A stretch of DNA of 64,000 bases from Octopus vulgaris (GCA_951406725.2 OX597826.1:17856001-17920000), one strand, 5' to 3'. Numbered from the stretch's first letter, positions 24,291 to 38,102 are shown. The notes: generated by a model not told the origin, from the letters alone. Numbers and translations: made by a program.

Positions 24291-25047
24291 AAAGAAATGC
24301 AATGTCTCAGAATTATACTGAAGGAGAATTTATATCTTAAGATGTTTAGCTCAAAGTAAAATGAAATGACAACAAACAAGATTTAAAGCCCTGGGTGAAC
24401 TGAATTTGCTGGGAGTTTATATCTACTCTGCAACACTTGTTTTCTCCTGTTTTTTGGTAGTCATTTCTCACTTTAAAAGAAAGCTACAAATGTAGGTAAG
24501 GAGCAAAGTTAGTTGAATCAGCTGCAGTCAGTATCGAAAGGCAGAAAATGAAGTAGTTGTGTGACATGACACAATGGTACTCTACTGGACACTGGTACTG
24601 GAAAACCAACAAAAGGTGTTGTTGAGTAATACCAAACATTGAACAGAGAGGAAGGTGGTGGAGGTCTTGAAGTTTGCTGATGTCTAGGTAAAATGACACT
24701 GAGTGCTTCTCGAGACTTTGGTAGATTGAAATGTTCATTATAATCCATTATGTACTACAGAAGCAGTATTAGATTAAAATAGCTATCTGTGTATCGTACT
24801 TAATGCAAATACGTCACAGGAAGCCATATTAACTGTAGTATTCATTTGGAGACATTATCTCTCATGGACACACTGTTAAGTGAGATAGATATATATGTAG
24901 CAGACGAAAATTGTTATGAAGTGATGATAGATTTTATTTTAGCATCTACTTGCTAAGGAGAATGAACTGCTAACAAAACCCAGAAAGGCAGAAATGTGCA
25001 TCTAGCGTTCTCACCACCATTGTTGGACAATTTTTGCCAGCTTCAGA

Positions 25048-25048
<1 letters not shown>

Positions 25049-25087
<39 letters not shown>

Positions 25088-25860
25088 GTTTAACGTCCGC
25101 TTTCCATGCTAGCATGGGTTGGACGGTTCAACTGGGGTCTGGCAAGCCCGAAGGCTGCACCAGGCCAGTCAGATCTGGCAGTGTTTCTACAGCTGGATGC
25201 CCTTCCTAACGCCAACTACTCCGAGAGTGTAGTGGGTGATTTTATGTGCCACCGACACAGGTGCCAGACGAGGCTGGCAGACGGCCATGCTCGGATGGTG
25301 TATTTTATGTGCCACCGACACAGGTGCCAGACGAGGCTGGCGAACGGCCACGCTCGGATGGTGTTTGTTACATGCCCTCAGCACGGAGGCCAGTCGATGC
25401 GGTACTGGCTACGGTCATGTTCGGATGGTTTTCTTATGTGCCACCGGCACTGGTACCACAAGGATACAAATTCCATTGATGTTCATCTATTTTGATTTGG
25501 TTTGATTTGATTTGATTTGATTTGATTTTCACTTGCCTCAACAGGTCTTCACAAGTGTCACAAGAGGAAGGTATGCACAGGTGGACTGACTACGTCCCAG
25601 GTAGGGGCCACGGGTTATGGATTCACTAGTCTTGCCAGGTCTTCTCACACACAGCATACTTCCATAGGTCTCGGTCTCTAGTCATTTCCATGGTGAGACC
25701 TAACGTCCGAAGGTCGTGCTTCACCACCTCGTCCCAGGTTTTCCTGGGTCTACCTCTTCCACGGGTTCCCTCAACTGTTAGGGATTGGCACTTTCTCACA
25801 CACCTATCTTCATCCATTCTCACCACATGACCATACCAGCGCAATCGTCTCTCTTGCACA
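25049..25860 (-). mobile_element. RTE LINE 3' end
   Basis: ORF end QERRLRWYGHVVRMDEDR...GRGRPRKTW, 3' UTR with internal tandem units, and a long (ATG)n tail. Confidence 0.9.
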
Positions 25861-27004
25861 CGTGTTATTTAACCTTTTAGCATTCAGATTTCTCTATCAA
25901 ATGTAATGCTTATTTATTCACATTGTTTTGAATTAATCATGCATTATCTCATACCTTTAAGATTTCAATGATGTGATTGTTTATTTTGAGAATGACATTG
26001 ATGGGTAGCTGTGAGAGGTGAGGTCTGGCCAGTTTGATCATAAAACAGTCAGAATATTTGGGTTAGCACTGTATGCTAGGAGATACTATCACCTGATGAA
26101 TACAGCAGTTAATTTTTTTTTTTTTTGTGATGTGACTGCATTAAGTATGATTATACAGAGGCAATTTAATACATATTTTATAAACACTGAAAGGAAAAAA
26201 AGATGAAGTTAACACTGTCAAGATTTAAACTCAGAGCATTAAAAAATGAAACTAAAAGCTATGAAGTCAATTAGTCCCACACTCCATTCTATCTTTTCAT
26301 CTGTCACCTTTCTTACTTAAATGTTGATTTTTTATGACAACACATTGTCAGTATTTGTAGATTTCAGTAAAACAGTGTATTATTGGAACTTGTCTTATCA
26401 TCAAGTATAGCTAGCATTATTTTATTCCTTTACTAGTTCCAACTGTTTAATTGGTATATAATATAGATTCATATCAATATATGTTAGCAATATAATTTCC
26501 CAAAACCAGAAGAACAAAAAACAGGCAAGATTTGAACCATTAACTAATATTGTTATAATATTGATTTCAAATTTTGGCGTGAGGCCAGTAATTTTAGGGC
26601 AGTGGGTAAGTCAATTACATTGAACCCAGCACTCAACTGGTACTTATTTTATCAACCCCAAAATAATGAAAGGCAAAGCTGACAGTGGCAGAATTTGAAC
26701 TCAAAACATGAAGATGGACAAAATACTGCTAAGCATTTTAGCCAGTGTGCTAAGGATTCTGGCAGCTCATTGCTTTAAGATTGTAATAATATTGATTGTT
26801 ATCAATTAATTAAGTATCTATTACGAGAGTTCAAATTTAGGCGTGGGAGTGACTGTGTGGTAAGTAGCTTGCTTGTGAACCACACGGTTTTAGGTTTAGT
26901 CCCACTGCATGGCACCTTGGGCAAGTGTCTTCTACTATAGCCTTGGGCCGACCAAAGCCTTGTGAGTGGATTTGGTAGATGGAAACTGAAAGAAGCCTGT
27001 CATA

Positions 27005-27055
<51 letters not shown>

Positions 27056-27185
27056 ATGTGTGAGTGTATATGTTTGCGTGTCTGTGTTTGTACCCCCAAC
27101 ATCGCTTGACAACTGATGCTGGTGTGTTTACGTCCCCGTAACTTAGCAGTTCAGCAAAAGAGACTGATAGAATAAGTACTAGGCT

Positions 27186-27809
27186 GCCAACAAAGCATGC
27201 CGAGTTCTGTTCTTGATTCGACGGTCATTCGGAATGCTCACAGCAGCCATATTTCTACCGCTCTATATCACGCTGGTGAGACCCATATTGGAGTACGGGA
27301 TTCAAGCCTCTTCTCCTTATCTCCTCAACGACACACAGCATCTAGAAAGAGTCCAGAAGCTGGCTACCCGCATGGTTCTTGGTCTCAAGAATTCATCTTA
27401 TGAAGAAAGGCTGAAGACACTCGACCGTTATTCTCTAGAAAAACGACGACGCCGTGGTGATCTCATCCTTGCTCACAACATCATAAGCGGAAAGTGTAAC
27501 CTCTCGAAAGAGCTGTTCTTCACTCCTGCTCCAGAGCGTCGGCTGCGGGGTCATTCCGAAAAGCTCTATCTGCGACGATTTCATCTCAATCGAAGGAGAG
27601 GGGCTTTCTCCGTCCGGCTTGCGGATCCGTGGAATAAGCTGCTGGACGAGATGGTGAAGATGCCGACGACCGCTTGGTTCAAAGTCTCCCTTGACCACAA
27701 GTGGCCTGAACTCTTTACCTGAACACAACCCTGTACATAACTCCATGTCCCCCTACATGGCCTTGCTTTTTGCTTTTTGAGCCAAAGAATTAACTAACTA
27801 ACTAACTAA
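27186..27809 (+). mobile_element. CR1-group LINE 3' fragment inserted in a SINE
   Basis: Open frame LYITLVRPILEYG...LERVQKLATR...YEERLKTL...SLEKRRRRGDLI...LRGHSEKL and a (TAAC)n tail. Confidence 0.9.
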
Positions 27810-27902
27810 ATTTGCTCGACTAAAGGCGGTGCTCCAGCATGGCCACAGTCAAATGACTGAAACAAGTAAAAGAGTAAAAGAGTAATTGTTTTTAAGCCTC
27901 AC

Positions 27903-28069
27903 CTTGATTTCAATAACAATTTCCAATACAGCAGCTGTAATGGTGAAAACTGCCCAGTTGGTAGCCCTTGGCCTTATCTCCCAAGATTGAAATGGCATGT
28001 TAATATAAGAATCTTGTATCAAGGCAAATTTTCCAAATGAATTTGTTTTAAACTGAACACTTTTGGTTT
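27903..28069 (-). CDS. DNAI7: DNAI7 coding exon
   Basis: ttgacAG|...|GTgagg. Encodes (E)TKSVQFKTNSFGKFALIQDSYINMPFQSWEIRPRATNWAVFTITAAVLEIVIEIK. QD..INMP.QSWE.RP is a conserved CASC1 motif. Confidence 0.92.
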
Positions 28070-28213
28070 CTGTCAAAATCATAAAATTAAGATACATCAT
28101 CATCATCGTCATCATCATCACCACCACCACCACCACTGCCACCACCACCACCACTTATTTATAACCAGCTGTGATTTCAAGATAGGGTAACATCCAAATA
28201 CACACACAAACAT

Positions 28214-28269
<56 letters not shown>

Positions 28270-28392
28270 ATTCTTATGCACATATACTCTTGTTCACTTA
28301 AAATTACTACAGAAGGGCTTAATGCTTGATAAGTGCTTTAGCACAAAACTGTTGTTTATACCTTGAGTTATGGCAGTAGTAATATGTGTGCA

Positions 28393-28439
<47 letters not shown>

Positions 28440-28441
<2 letters not shown>

Positions 28442-28820
28442 AATTAATAGTGGAACGCAAAGCAGTCAAACAAAGCTACATGAAGAAGATATCCTTAATG
28501 CAGCAAATTTGCTCCTGGGAAAGCATCAAGAAGTTAAGACTTTACTCTCTGGAATGAAGGCAGGAAAGATATTCTGCAATATAAATCAGAAAGATCCTGG
28601 AAGGACTAGTCAGTGCCTAAAATCCCATCCCCTGCTATCAAAATACAGGGCCAGATACTACAATGGCTTGGGACTCTTCCAAACTAAATTGGATTTCCTA
28701 CTATCAATAGTGCTAGATGAGCCAACTTCATGGCAGGAAGGGGAAATGCAGGCAGCAACATTAAACTCCCTCATTCACCAAATGCCAACTAGTAAAGGAG
28801 GATTAATGAAGATGTAGCAA
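28440..28820 (+). mobile_element. decayed CR1/L2-group LINE 3' fragment
   Basis: Remnants SWESIKKLRLYSLE and FQTKLDFLLSIVLDEP...NSLIHQ. Confidence 0.55.
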
Positions 28821-28965
28821 CACCAGTTGGTGGCACTCCAGTATGGCCACAGCTCTCGAGCTGAAACTAATAAAAGAGTAAAAGATATATGTATGTATGT
28901 ACAGATATGAATCTGTATGTAAGCATAACACTCTCATTGTCTCTCTCTCTCTCTCTCTCTCCCCA

Positions 28966-29018
<53 letters not shown>

Positions 29019-29869
29019 CACACACATATAGAAGAAACTGACTAGTTGGTATAATTCTAAACTATCAGGAAACTGATGAGTAGTTTTATGAATTTGTTCA
29101 ACCTCAGGTAACAATACAATGTGTAACACAATTTTTATCCTTGGGTAACAACTGTTATTTCCTATTTATTTACCCCTATAAAGTATTAAAAATGGCTAAT
29201 ATTTCCTTCAATTACATTTATTCAAACCCTAAAGAATCCCTCTCAACACATGGCTAGGATGCTCCACCGTTCCTGTTCATCATCAGAGATGTACATATTG
29301 TCAGCCACTGAAGGACATGCTCAAGTGGCTAAGATCAAATCTGTGGTAATAAGCAGAATATTCGCTATAATGATATATCTGCTTCAACAACTCAGATCTG
29401 AATCTGTCTGAAATGTAATGGAAAATAGGTCATTTCCAAAACACTGATGCCCAGGTCACAAAAATAAAGTTTGAAGAGAACAGTGGTCATTTCCTTTGAT
29501 TTCTAGAAAGAAGCAAATTGAAAATAACACTTACTGACAAAAAAAAACAAAATAAAAATAAATGAATAAAATTTTGTTGCACATAATTAAACAGACCTAT
29601 GATGAAAGGCATTGCAGCTGTGATCATTCTTCCTTTAGGGGTGTCTAAGACAACATTATCTAATTTATCATTATCAATTTAAATTCAAAAGGGAAAGTTA
29701 GTTGCTATTTCTAGCAGATTAAGTGAGCAGATAAAGGCTACCTGAAGATTTACAGAGCTGAGAAGGAATTTTCATGAAAGAGAATGAGAATAGATAATCT
29801 ATTGTTTGAATATTGGCAACAAAATCACTTTAATGACAACTTATAACTCCTTGATAGGTTGTTAAGCTA

Positions 29870-31162
29870 CAAGGGACGTTCAATAAGTAATGCCTCTGAC
29901 CCATTTGCAGTTGTTTGATCTAGCTGAAATTTTGCATGTGCAATTATTGATATCTCTATAGAGTAAGTGACAAATTACAGCTCTGAACTAATTGTGGTTT
30001 CTGATTTACAGGTGTTTGAACCGAGTCAAGTGTGAAATGGAGCCTGTTGAGTGTCGAGCAGTGATCCGGTTTTTGTATTTGAAAGGACGCACACCACGGG
30101 AGACTTTTGATGAAATGAAAGTAACTTATGGTGATGATGCCCCATCATATGACCTTGTAAAACGCTGGCATCGTGAATTCAAACATGGTCGGAACTCTGT
30201 GGAAACAGCTCCCAGATCTGGTCGCCCCACTTCTGCCATTGATGAGGCATCTGTCCGTCAAGTTGAGGCTGCCATTTTGGAAGATCGACGCATGACTATT
30301 CGCCAAATAGCCCATGAGGTCAAGATTAGTACTGGGTCTGTGGAAACTATCATTCATGCCCATTTGCATATGCAAAAGGTGTCTGCCAGATGGATTCCCA
30401 GGTTGCTCACACCTTTCCAGAAGCAAGAACACGTCGAGTGCTCGAGGGTGAATTTGGAGATGTGCCAAGAAGATGAGTCAAAATTTTTCAAAAGACTGAT
30501 TACACAGGATGAAGCCTGGGTCCATCACGATGATCCAGAGACCAAAGCCCAGTCAATGCAGTGGAAGCACCGTGACTCACCCCCTCCAAAGAAGGCAAGG
30601 ATGCAGCCCTCCGCTGGCAAGGTCATGCTCACAGTCTTCTGGGACCAGGACGGAGTAGTGATGACAGATTTCCTGGCAAAGGGTACCACAATTACAGGAG
30701 CCTATTATGCTTCACTTTTGAGGAAATTAAGAGAAGTTATCAAAATCAAGAGGCGGGGCAAGATCAGCAAAGGCATCCTCCTCCTGCAGGACAACGCTCC
30801 GGTCCACAACTCGCTTGTCGCCAGATCAGAAGCACAGGCGTATGGCTATGAACTCCTCCCCCATCCCCCCTACTTTCCTAACCTTGCACCCTCTGATTTT
30901 CACCTCTTCCTAGTCATGAAGTTGTTTTTGAAAGGAAAGCGTTTTCCAGATGATGCAGCCTTGATTTCTGAAGTCACGTTGAGGTTGGAGGACCAAGCTA
31001 GGTTCTTCTACAAAAACGGTCTCCAGAGCCGCATCAAACGATGGGAGAAATGCGTAACTCTGGGTGGTTCCTATGTAGAAAAAGACTAATAACTGTGCCA
31101 AGTTTCGTTGCTCTACTGCTATGGGAAGTGGGTCAGGGGCATTACTTATTGAACGCCCCTCG
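29870..31162 (+). mobile_element. full-length mariner (DD34D, irritans-like), 1293 bp
   Basis: TA TSD on both sides. TIRs of about 34 bp: CAAGGGACGTTCAATAAGTAATGCCTCTGACCCA / TGGGTCAGGGGCATTACTTATTGAACGCCCCTCG. Confidence 0.95.
30037..31089 (+). CDS. mariner DD34D transposase, 350 aa, uninterrupted ORF
   Basis: N-terminal HTH regions, WIPRLL linker, ITQDEAW, LLQDNAPVH and YFPNLAPSD. 34 residues between the second and third Asp. Confidence 0.93.
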   Translation: MEPVECRAVIRFLYLKGRTPRETFDEMKVTYGDDAPSYDLVKRWHREFKHGRNSVETAPRSGRPTSAIDEASVRQVEAAILEDRRMTIRQIAHEVKISTGSVETIIHAHLHMQKVSARWIPRLLTPFQKQEHVECSRVNLEMCQEDESKFFKRLITQDEAWVHHDDPETKAQSMQWKHRDSPPPKKARMQPSAGKVMLTVFWDQDGVVMTDFLAKGTTITGAYYASLLRKLREVIKIKRRGKISKGILLLQDNAPVHNSLVARSEAQAYGYELLPHPPYFPNLAPSDFHLFLVMKLFLKGKRFPDDAALISEVTLRLEDQARFFYKNGLQSRIKRWEKCVTLGGSYVEKD

Positions 31163-31451
31163 TATTATAGTTTAATTTCCCAAGAACTTTAGAGATGTAT
31201 TTGGTAGCAAAGAAACAAATAGTTGTATAAACTCCCAAAGGTTACAAGACAAAGCTTGTCATAAATTCTGAATCCAAAGCATGAAACATTTATGCCAGAA
31301 ACTCACACAATTATTGAACATCCTGGGATATTAAATTTAAAACATACAGGATGGAAGAAAGCATTGATAACACCTTCACGCATAAAAGTTGAAAGGAAAA
31401 ACTCAAAGAAATTAGCCAAAGTGAAGAAATAGAAGTTGTGATTTATCTTAC

Positions 31452-31558
31452 CATCATTATATTTGTAGTCAGAAATGTCTTTTACACTCCATACTTTCCT
31501 GCTGCTATCCCATTTCACAGGGCGTGGACATTCTGAAAGTACTACATGTGGAGGAATT
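31452..31558 (-). CDS. DNAI7: DNAI7 coding exon
   Basis: aaacAG|...|GTaaga. Encodes (R)IPPHVVLSECPRPVKWDSSRKVWSVKDISDYKYND(E). Phases 2/1 fit both neighbours. Confidence 0.88.
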
Positions 31559-31664
31559 CTGTTTGTATGGAAATAAATGTTTAAATATGCCATTAGTAAA
31601 TAGAGATACATAACTCTTAATGTGTGTATGTATACATACACACACACGTACATACATACATATA

Positions 31665-32287
31665 CAGGGTGTCCCAAAAGTCACTGATGGGTTTCAATTG
31701 TTAATAACTTCCTTAACTTTACAAATAAATGCATGAAATTTTGATACAATATAAAGGACATAATGGAAATTAATTATTTAACCTTTTCCCTCTCTTTTCA
31801 GATTTTATGTGTTCACGGATCCGAGAAATTCATTATGGAAAAATACAGCACTCAGCAATGCATCCAAGTAGTAAAATTGTTCTACCAAAATCAGGGGTCG
31901 ATAATTCAGACCTAGAGAGCATATTCTTGACACTTCCCAGTGAGAGATGAACCAAGTGAGAGATGAACCAAGTGAGAATGTGATTAAAAATTTGATTTGT
32001 CATTTCAAAAAGCAAGGAACAGTAGCTGATCTTCCATGATCTGGGAGGCGTCGCAATGTCAGAAGTGATGAGATATGTGAACAAGTTCGAGAGAGAGAGT
32101 CTACGAAAATCCATGCACGTCGATTTGGAGGTGATCACAACAGTTACAGATTTCACAGACTTCCCTGCAAAGGGTTCTCATCAGCCTTCGCCTTTATCCA
32201 TATAAGGTGCAGTTGGTTTAACAGCTAAAGCCCCAAGACTATGAACAGAGGATCCAATATGCTGTCAAAATCCAGGAGTTGGCAATG
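31665..32287 (+). mobile_element. Tc1/mariner (DD41D/rosa-like) 5' half, decayed
   Basis: TA-CAGGGTGTCCCAAAA terminus. Fragments MEKYSTQQCIQVVKLFYQNQGSIIQT (31835) and [18 protein letters not shown]. Truncated at an AT microsatellite. Confidence 0.7.
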
Positions 32288-32289
32288 TA

Positions 32290-32780
<491 letters not shown>

Positions 32781-33715
32781 TACCTTTTTTCCTCCTCCCT
32801 GATTCCTACCTATTACACTAACCTATCACATACATCTATTTATAGAAATTTGACATCCTTGTATTCTTCCTTTCGCTTTAAATTTTACTACTAAAATTAC
32901 TACTTACTTTGGTATCACATCACCCATAGGTTTTCTCTACCCATCTCTTAATGCAGCCCTATCATATCACCCCTATTCACATATCTCACACTTATTCACT
33001 CCTTACCTTCTCATCTCTTCCTATTCACCTCTCAACGACTCCTCTCCCATCCTCCCCTCACATTATCTTGACCACCAGCTAACACTTCTTTTCTCACTTC
33101 TTTCCCCCTTTTTTCAGTCCTTCCACTCTTTTTTCTTGCTCTCTTTTTATTTTTTTTTGTTTAGAAAAATTTTTTTCTTCTTTTCTCTCTTTTTTCCTCT
33201 CATTTAGTCTTTCTGTTTTCATTTTGACCTATCTCCACATTCTAATCATACGCATCTCCGCCCCACCCATCTATCCACAAATATTACCCATACATTCTCA
33301 AATTTTCATTCACACCACAAAACCCCTTCAAATGAGCAACAAAGAATCCATAGCTCCATACTTTGAAATGACTAAACATGAAATACTATTGGAACTTACA
33401 TACCATGTACAGGAAACGTTTTTTTACCACTTCGATACACCACTTTACTTGAATAAAGTAACTGCAACTACAGTATTTTATATTTTATTTCTACTTTCAT
33501 TCTCTTATTTCCCTCTATATTCCCCATCTCCCTCTTTTTCATAATACTTCCTTATTTCGAACTTAAATATTTACCTCTATTTAACCATCTCACATCGTCT
33601 CTAATAAAGGGATATCCATACTATCCCAGAAACAGCTCTAAGGCTATATCTATATCCCTTTCCTTATAAATGTCCTGGAAACTTCTCACAGTCTTAGCTT
33701 TGTTATTTCATTTTG

Positions 33716-33780
<65 letters not shown>

Positions 33781-34439
33781 TAGATATATATATACACACA
33801 ATAGGCCAATAGGCTTTTTTCAGTTTCCATCCACGAAATCCACTCACAAGGCTTTGGTTGGCTTGAAGCTATAGCAGGAGACCCTTGCCCAAAGTACCAT
33901 GTAGTGGGACTGAATCCAGAACCATGTGGTTGAGAAGAAAACCTCTTTACTATATAGCCACACTTGTGCCTATACGTACATATATAAACATACACATATA
34001 TATAAACATACATATATATATATATAAACTACAGCTGCCACTCAAATTTTAGTCTGGCTTGGTAGCATGTACCATGTTTTTGCTAATAGTTTAACGTGTC
34101 CACTTAGTCATGTGTAGACATAGACACCCTCACATTCCTCCCGCGCTTGACCCAACAGAACATCTGTGATTTGATGATTGGAAGGAGCAAGGACTGCACC
34201 AGCACTCAACTTGTATATTCTTTATCAACCTCAAAAGAATTAAAGGTAAAGTTGACTGTAGATACGAAATTATAAGTGTAAACAACTGAAATAGATGACA
34301 AGTTTTATATGAAGTTTTAGTAACTCTGCCGATTAATCACCAGTAAGGGCAGTCTTGCTATGTACAGAGATACGGTCATCAAGGTGAATGTCAGCAAGAG
34401 TACAAGAGAGAGTGAGAGAGATGGGACCAGCACTTCTTC

Positions 34440-35440
34440 TTTGTACAGCAGTCTTCATTCAAATGCATCACATGTCCAAACCATCGTAGTCTCCTCTCTT
34501 GCAAGCTGCATCTGATTCCACTTATACCCAAATTTTCTCTCAGCACATTAGCACTTTGTCATACATGCATACTGGTGTTGCACAACCATTGGAAAATACT
34601 AACTTCACTTCTCTCTGGTCTATGCATGTTGTCTGCATTCAGGGCCCACATCTCATTACCAAGGAGCATAGCTGTTCATGCACAAGTATCATACAATCTG
34701 CTTTTCATTCTGAGAGAGAGGTCTTCTGTTGCCAATAATAGCTCTCTAAATATCCTCCATCCTATTCTAGCAACAATACTTTCAGAACATCTTTCACCAC
34801 TGATAATTAGGTCACCTAGGTCCATAGAAACCATCTACGAATTCAATGGGGCCTCCAGGGCATTTGAAAGATCTAATTCCTGTGTGCCCTGAATGCTTAT
34901 TGTTCCTGCACTTCTGCAATATATGACAAGTTTTCTTTGTCCCTGTGATTCCATTCTACCTTTTATGTGTCCATAGCTTGCACCTTTCTTAAATATTGAG
35001 TCATTCACCTGATGGAAAGATAGTCTTATTCTGTTTTCTCACTAACAATAATTTTGATCTTCACTAGATTAACTTTAAGGCCATTTGATTCCAGGATTTA
35101 CTTCCATACCAGGAATTTATTCTCCAATTCTGTTACAGATTCTACAAGAAGAGCAAGGTCATCAGTATGAAGTACTTCCCATGGACAGCTAGTTTTAAGC
35201 TGTTATGGCCTGGAGGACTATGATGAAGAGAGAGGATTGAGAATTGAACCCTGGTGAAGCCTTACATGTTCACTAAATTCATCACTGTACTCTTGGCCAA
35301 CTCTCACCTTACTGGTAGCACCACTATACAACTATTCAAGTGGCTAGGCTGTCTCCTACCCCACCAGATATTTTAAACATCTCTGTGGTGATTCCTAGTG
35401 GTCCAGGAGCTTTCCTTGTTTTCGTATCCTTAATTGCCTT
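34440..35440 (-). mobile_element. older RTE-clade LINE fragment
   Basis: Remnants KAPGPLGITTEMFKI, LHQGSILNPLLFIIVLQA and PWEVLHTDDLAL. Confidence 0.75.
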
Positions 35441-35704
35441 AAATCATTTATAAAATAATATAAAATAAATTATTAGTATATATTAGTAACTGCAAAACAA
35501 CTGTAGTTGGATATTGACATCCAATGGTAAAATAAATTTTACTTATCATATACTTCCTCTCTTTATTTATAATTTACACACACACACACAATTAAAAACA
35601 TAATCAACATAGTTTAACGCTAGTGATACAGAGTTAGTTTAAAGTTGTCTAGGACAACAACATTAACAACAGTAACCATTTTATTACTAAGGATACGAAA
35701 TTAC

Positions 35705-35861
35705 CTTAACGTCATACCAATTAGAGGTCTCTCATCCCGTTTCTGTTCAAGACTGGCTTCCTTTTCTTTCCTCAGTTCCCCTTCCTCTCCTGATTCTTTA
35801 GATTCTGTTGGCAGTGGAGGGTCAGCTACATAGTCCATGTAGACCAACTCAGTTGGGACAA
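35705..35861 (-). CDS. DNAI7: DNAI7 coding exon
   Basis: ttttcAG|...|GTaatt, phases 1/2. Encodes (V)VPTELVYMDYVADPPLPTESKESGEEGELRKEKEASLEQKRDERPLIGMTL(R). Confidence 0.85.
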
Positions 35862-36239
35862 CTGAAAATATAGAGGAGCCATAACATTGCAGATTAAAAC
35901 AGTGCTTCAGAAGTGATGAGGGTTTCAATGAAGAAAAGCTAAGGGGTGCTTTGAACCTTATGTAACTTGGTATGCAGGTATGAATGAAAGGAAGAAAGAA
36001 AAGAAAAAAGAAGAAAGGTTGTAGCTGTTGAATGCTTGCAAGAGTCATCTTTGATGGTGTAATACTATGCCACCAGAACAAACAATCAATGTTGCCTAGT
36101 AACACAAATTTAACGAGCAAGACATGGTATGATGTATCATTTGAACATTTATCCCATTGTATTATTTGTACTCAGTTCTATGATATCAAAGTAAAAGTGA
36201 TAACCCGAGATAGTATTAGATTGATTTTCATATCACAAC

Positions 36240-36990
36240 TGATAATAGCAAAAACACCCAATTACCTAAGATAATGAAAAAGAATTACATTGGGTTATGT
36301 TAAGGTGATTTAAAAAACAGGTTATGCAAATCACCTATCTTCTTTCCAGCACATTGATAAAGGTAATGCAACTAGCCACATACGGAATTTGAAGACCAGC
36401 TCCACACCACAAACAATCAATTGGAGAATTGAGTTAAAATCCAAGCCATATGTTAATGGATCTAAGAAATGCAACTTATGTGTAACAGAAAGATCTCACA
36501 TTCTTCTTAGATCCAAGAATTTCAATACATTCCATAATTTCAGATCTGAAATTTTTAGCAGGTGTAGATACATGGGCAAGTTTCTTTTGTCATATCACCC
36601 ACTGTGGATTGAGTTGTTGCTGTCTCACAGACTTTGACATATTTTCTGTTATTTTCTTCTATACCAGATGTATTAATTGTGGCTTCTACAATCAGAGAGG
36701 AAAGGGATTTGAATTTCCTAGCTTTTGTTTCTTCTCATTCCATTTTTTTGCATCAACCTTCTCTACACTTTTCTTTTGTTTTTTCATGTTTTTTTCTTAT
36801 TTTCTCGCTGTCCAGTGTCCTTGCTTTTAAAATATATGTAACACATAAACAAAGCCTGAAAGATTACTTGGAGACACATGGTGCATTTGATAAATATGCT
36901 TAAGTAGAGTATCATAAAAGCATGAAACTATAAGTAGCTCTTTCAGTTATGTATCAAATTGATATCTATCTCCCACTGGATGGAGCACTT
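36240..36990 (+). mobile_element. Penelope-like element 3' remnant (GIY-YIG C-terminus and pLTR)
   Basis: YIGLC...INWRIELKSKPYVNGSKKCNLCVTE...NFRSEIFSRCRYMGKFLL. A related pLTR-like tract lies at about 60560-60840. Confidence 0.75.
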
Positions 36991-37221
36991 TTTTTGTTGA
37001 TTCTATCTAAAATTGTATATAAATATTTATATATACACACACATATATCATCATCATCATCATCATCATCATCATTTAACATCTGTTTTCCATGCAGGCA
37101 TGGATTGGGCAATTTGACTGTAAACTGGTAATCTACACCAGGTTTCAGTCTGATTTGAGAACTGGATGCCCATCCTAATGCCAACTACTCCAACACACAC
37201 ACTCACTCACTCACTCACTCA

Positions 37222-37276
<55 letters not shown>

Positions 37277-37278
<2 letters not shown>

Positions 37279-38040
37279 TATTAATAAGTTTGAAAATGGA
37301 GAGATTCAATGGATATAAATGAATTTATTAATTAATTAACATTGCCTACAATTGTTTCACTTCGCACCCAATTTAAATTACAAAATATATGTAATAATAT
37401 AAGTTTGCATTTTGAGTATCCTGAGTGAAAGATCTTTAGGGCAAAATGGACATTGCAGTTTACATTTTGATCAGTTGAAAAACTCCAGCAGACTAAGCAG
37501 ATGAAAACGTGTTTATTGTGTGTGTGTGTGTGTGCCTGCATTGATATTTTTTATTTAAATACAATAATAATGATAATAATGAATTAACGTATATAAGAAG
37601 AAAAATAAAGGATAAAAATAAAGATTAGTAATAAATAATGAAAATAATGAAATATATTAATAATAAAAAATAAATAGAATAAAAATGAGATGAAAGATTT
37701 TTACAAGACATGGAAGTTCATTGTCCATTTTGGTTTGTGTGTGAGAGTATGTTCATGTGTTTATATGTGTATATATATGTATATATATATATGCATGTTT
37801 ACTGCCTAAGTTAATTTATATGTGTGTATGTGTGTCAGCATAAGGTTATTGAATACAAGTATGGATGTCATAATTTATGCATGAGTGTATGTGCGTTTAC
37901 AGATCCTTACTGCTTAAGTTGTTTCATTAGTGCATAAGTGTGTATGTATATTAGAAAAAGGTTATCAAATATTTCTATAACCAAATATGTATTTATAGGT
38001 ATGGATATTCATAGCCTATTTTAGTTTATGTATGACTGTT

Positions 38041-38102
<62 letters not shown>

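Noticed and set aside
23670-24302. 210-aa ORF and similar ORFs with [16 protein letters not shown] motifs
   Set aside because: Antisense translations of SINE family 1 that recur at every copy.
24484-24748. two overlapping minus-strand ORFs
   Set aside because: No recognisable domain or splice signals; probably an old repeat remnant.
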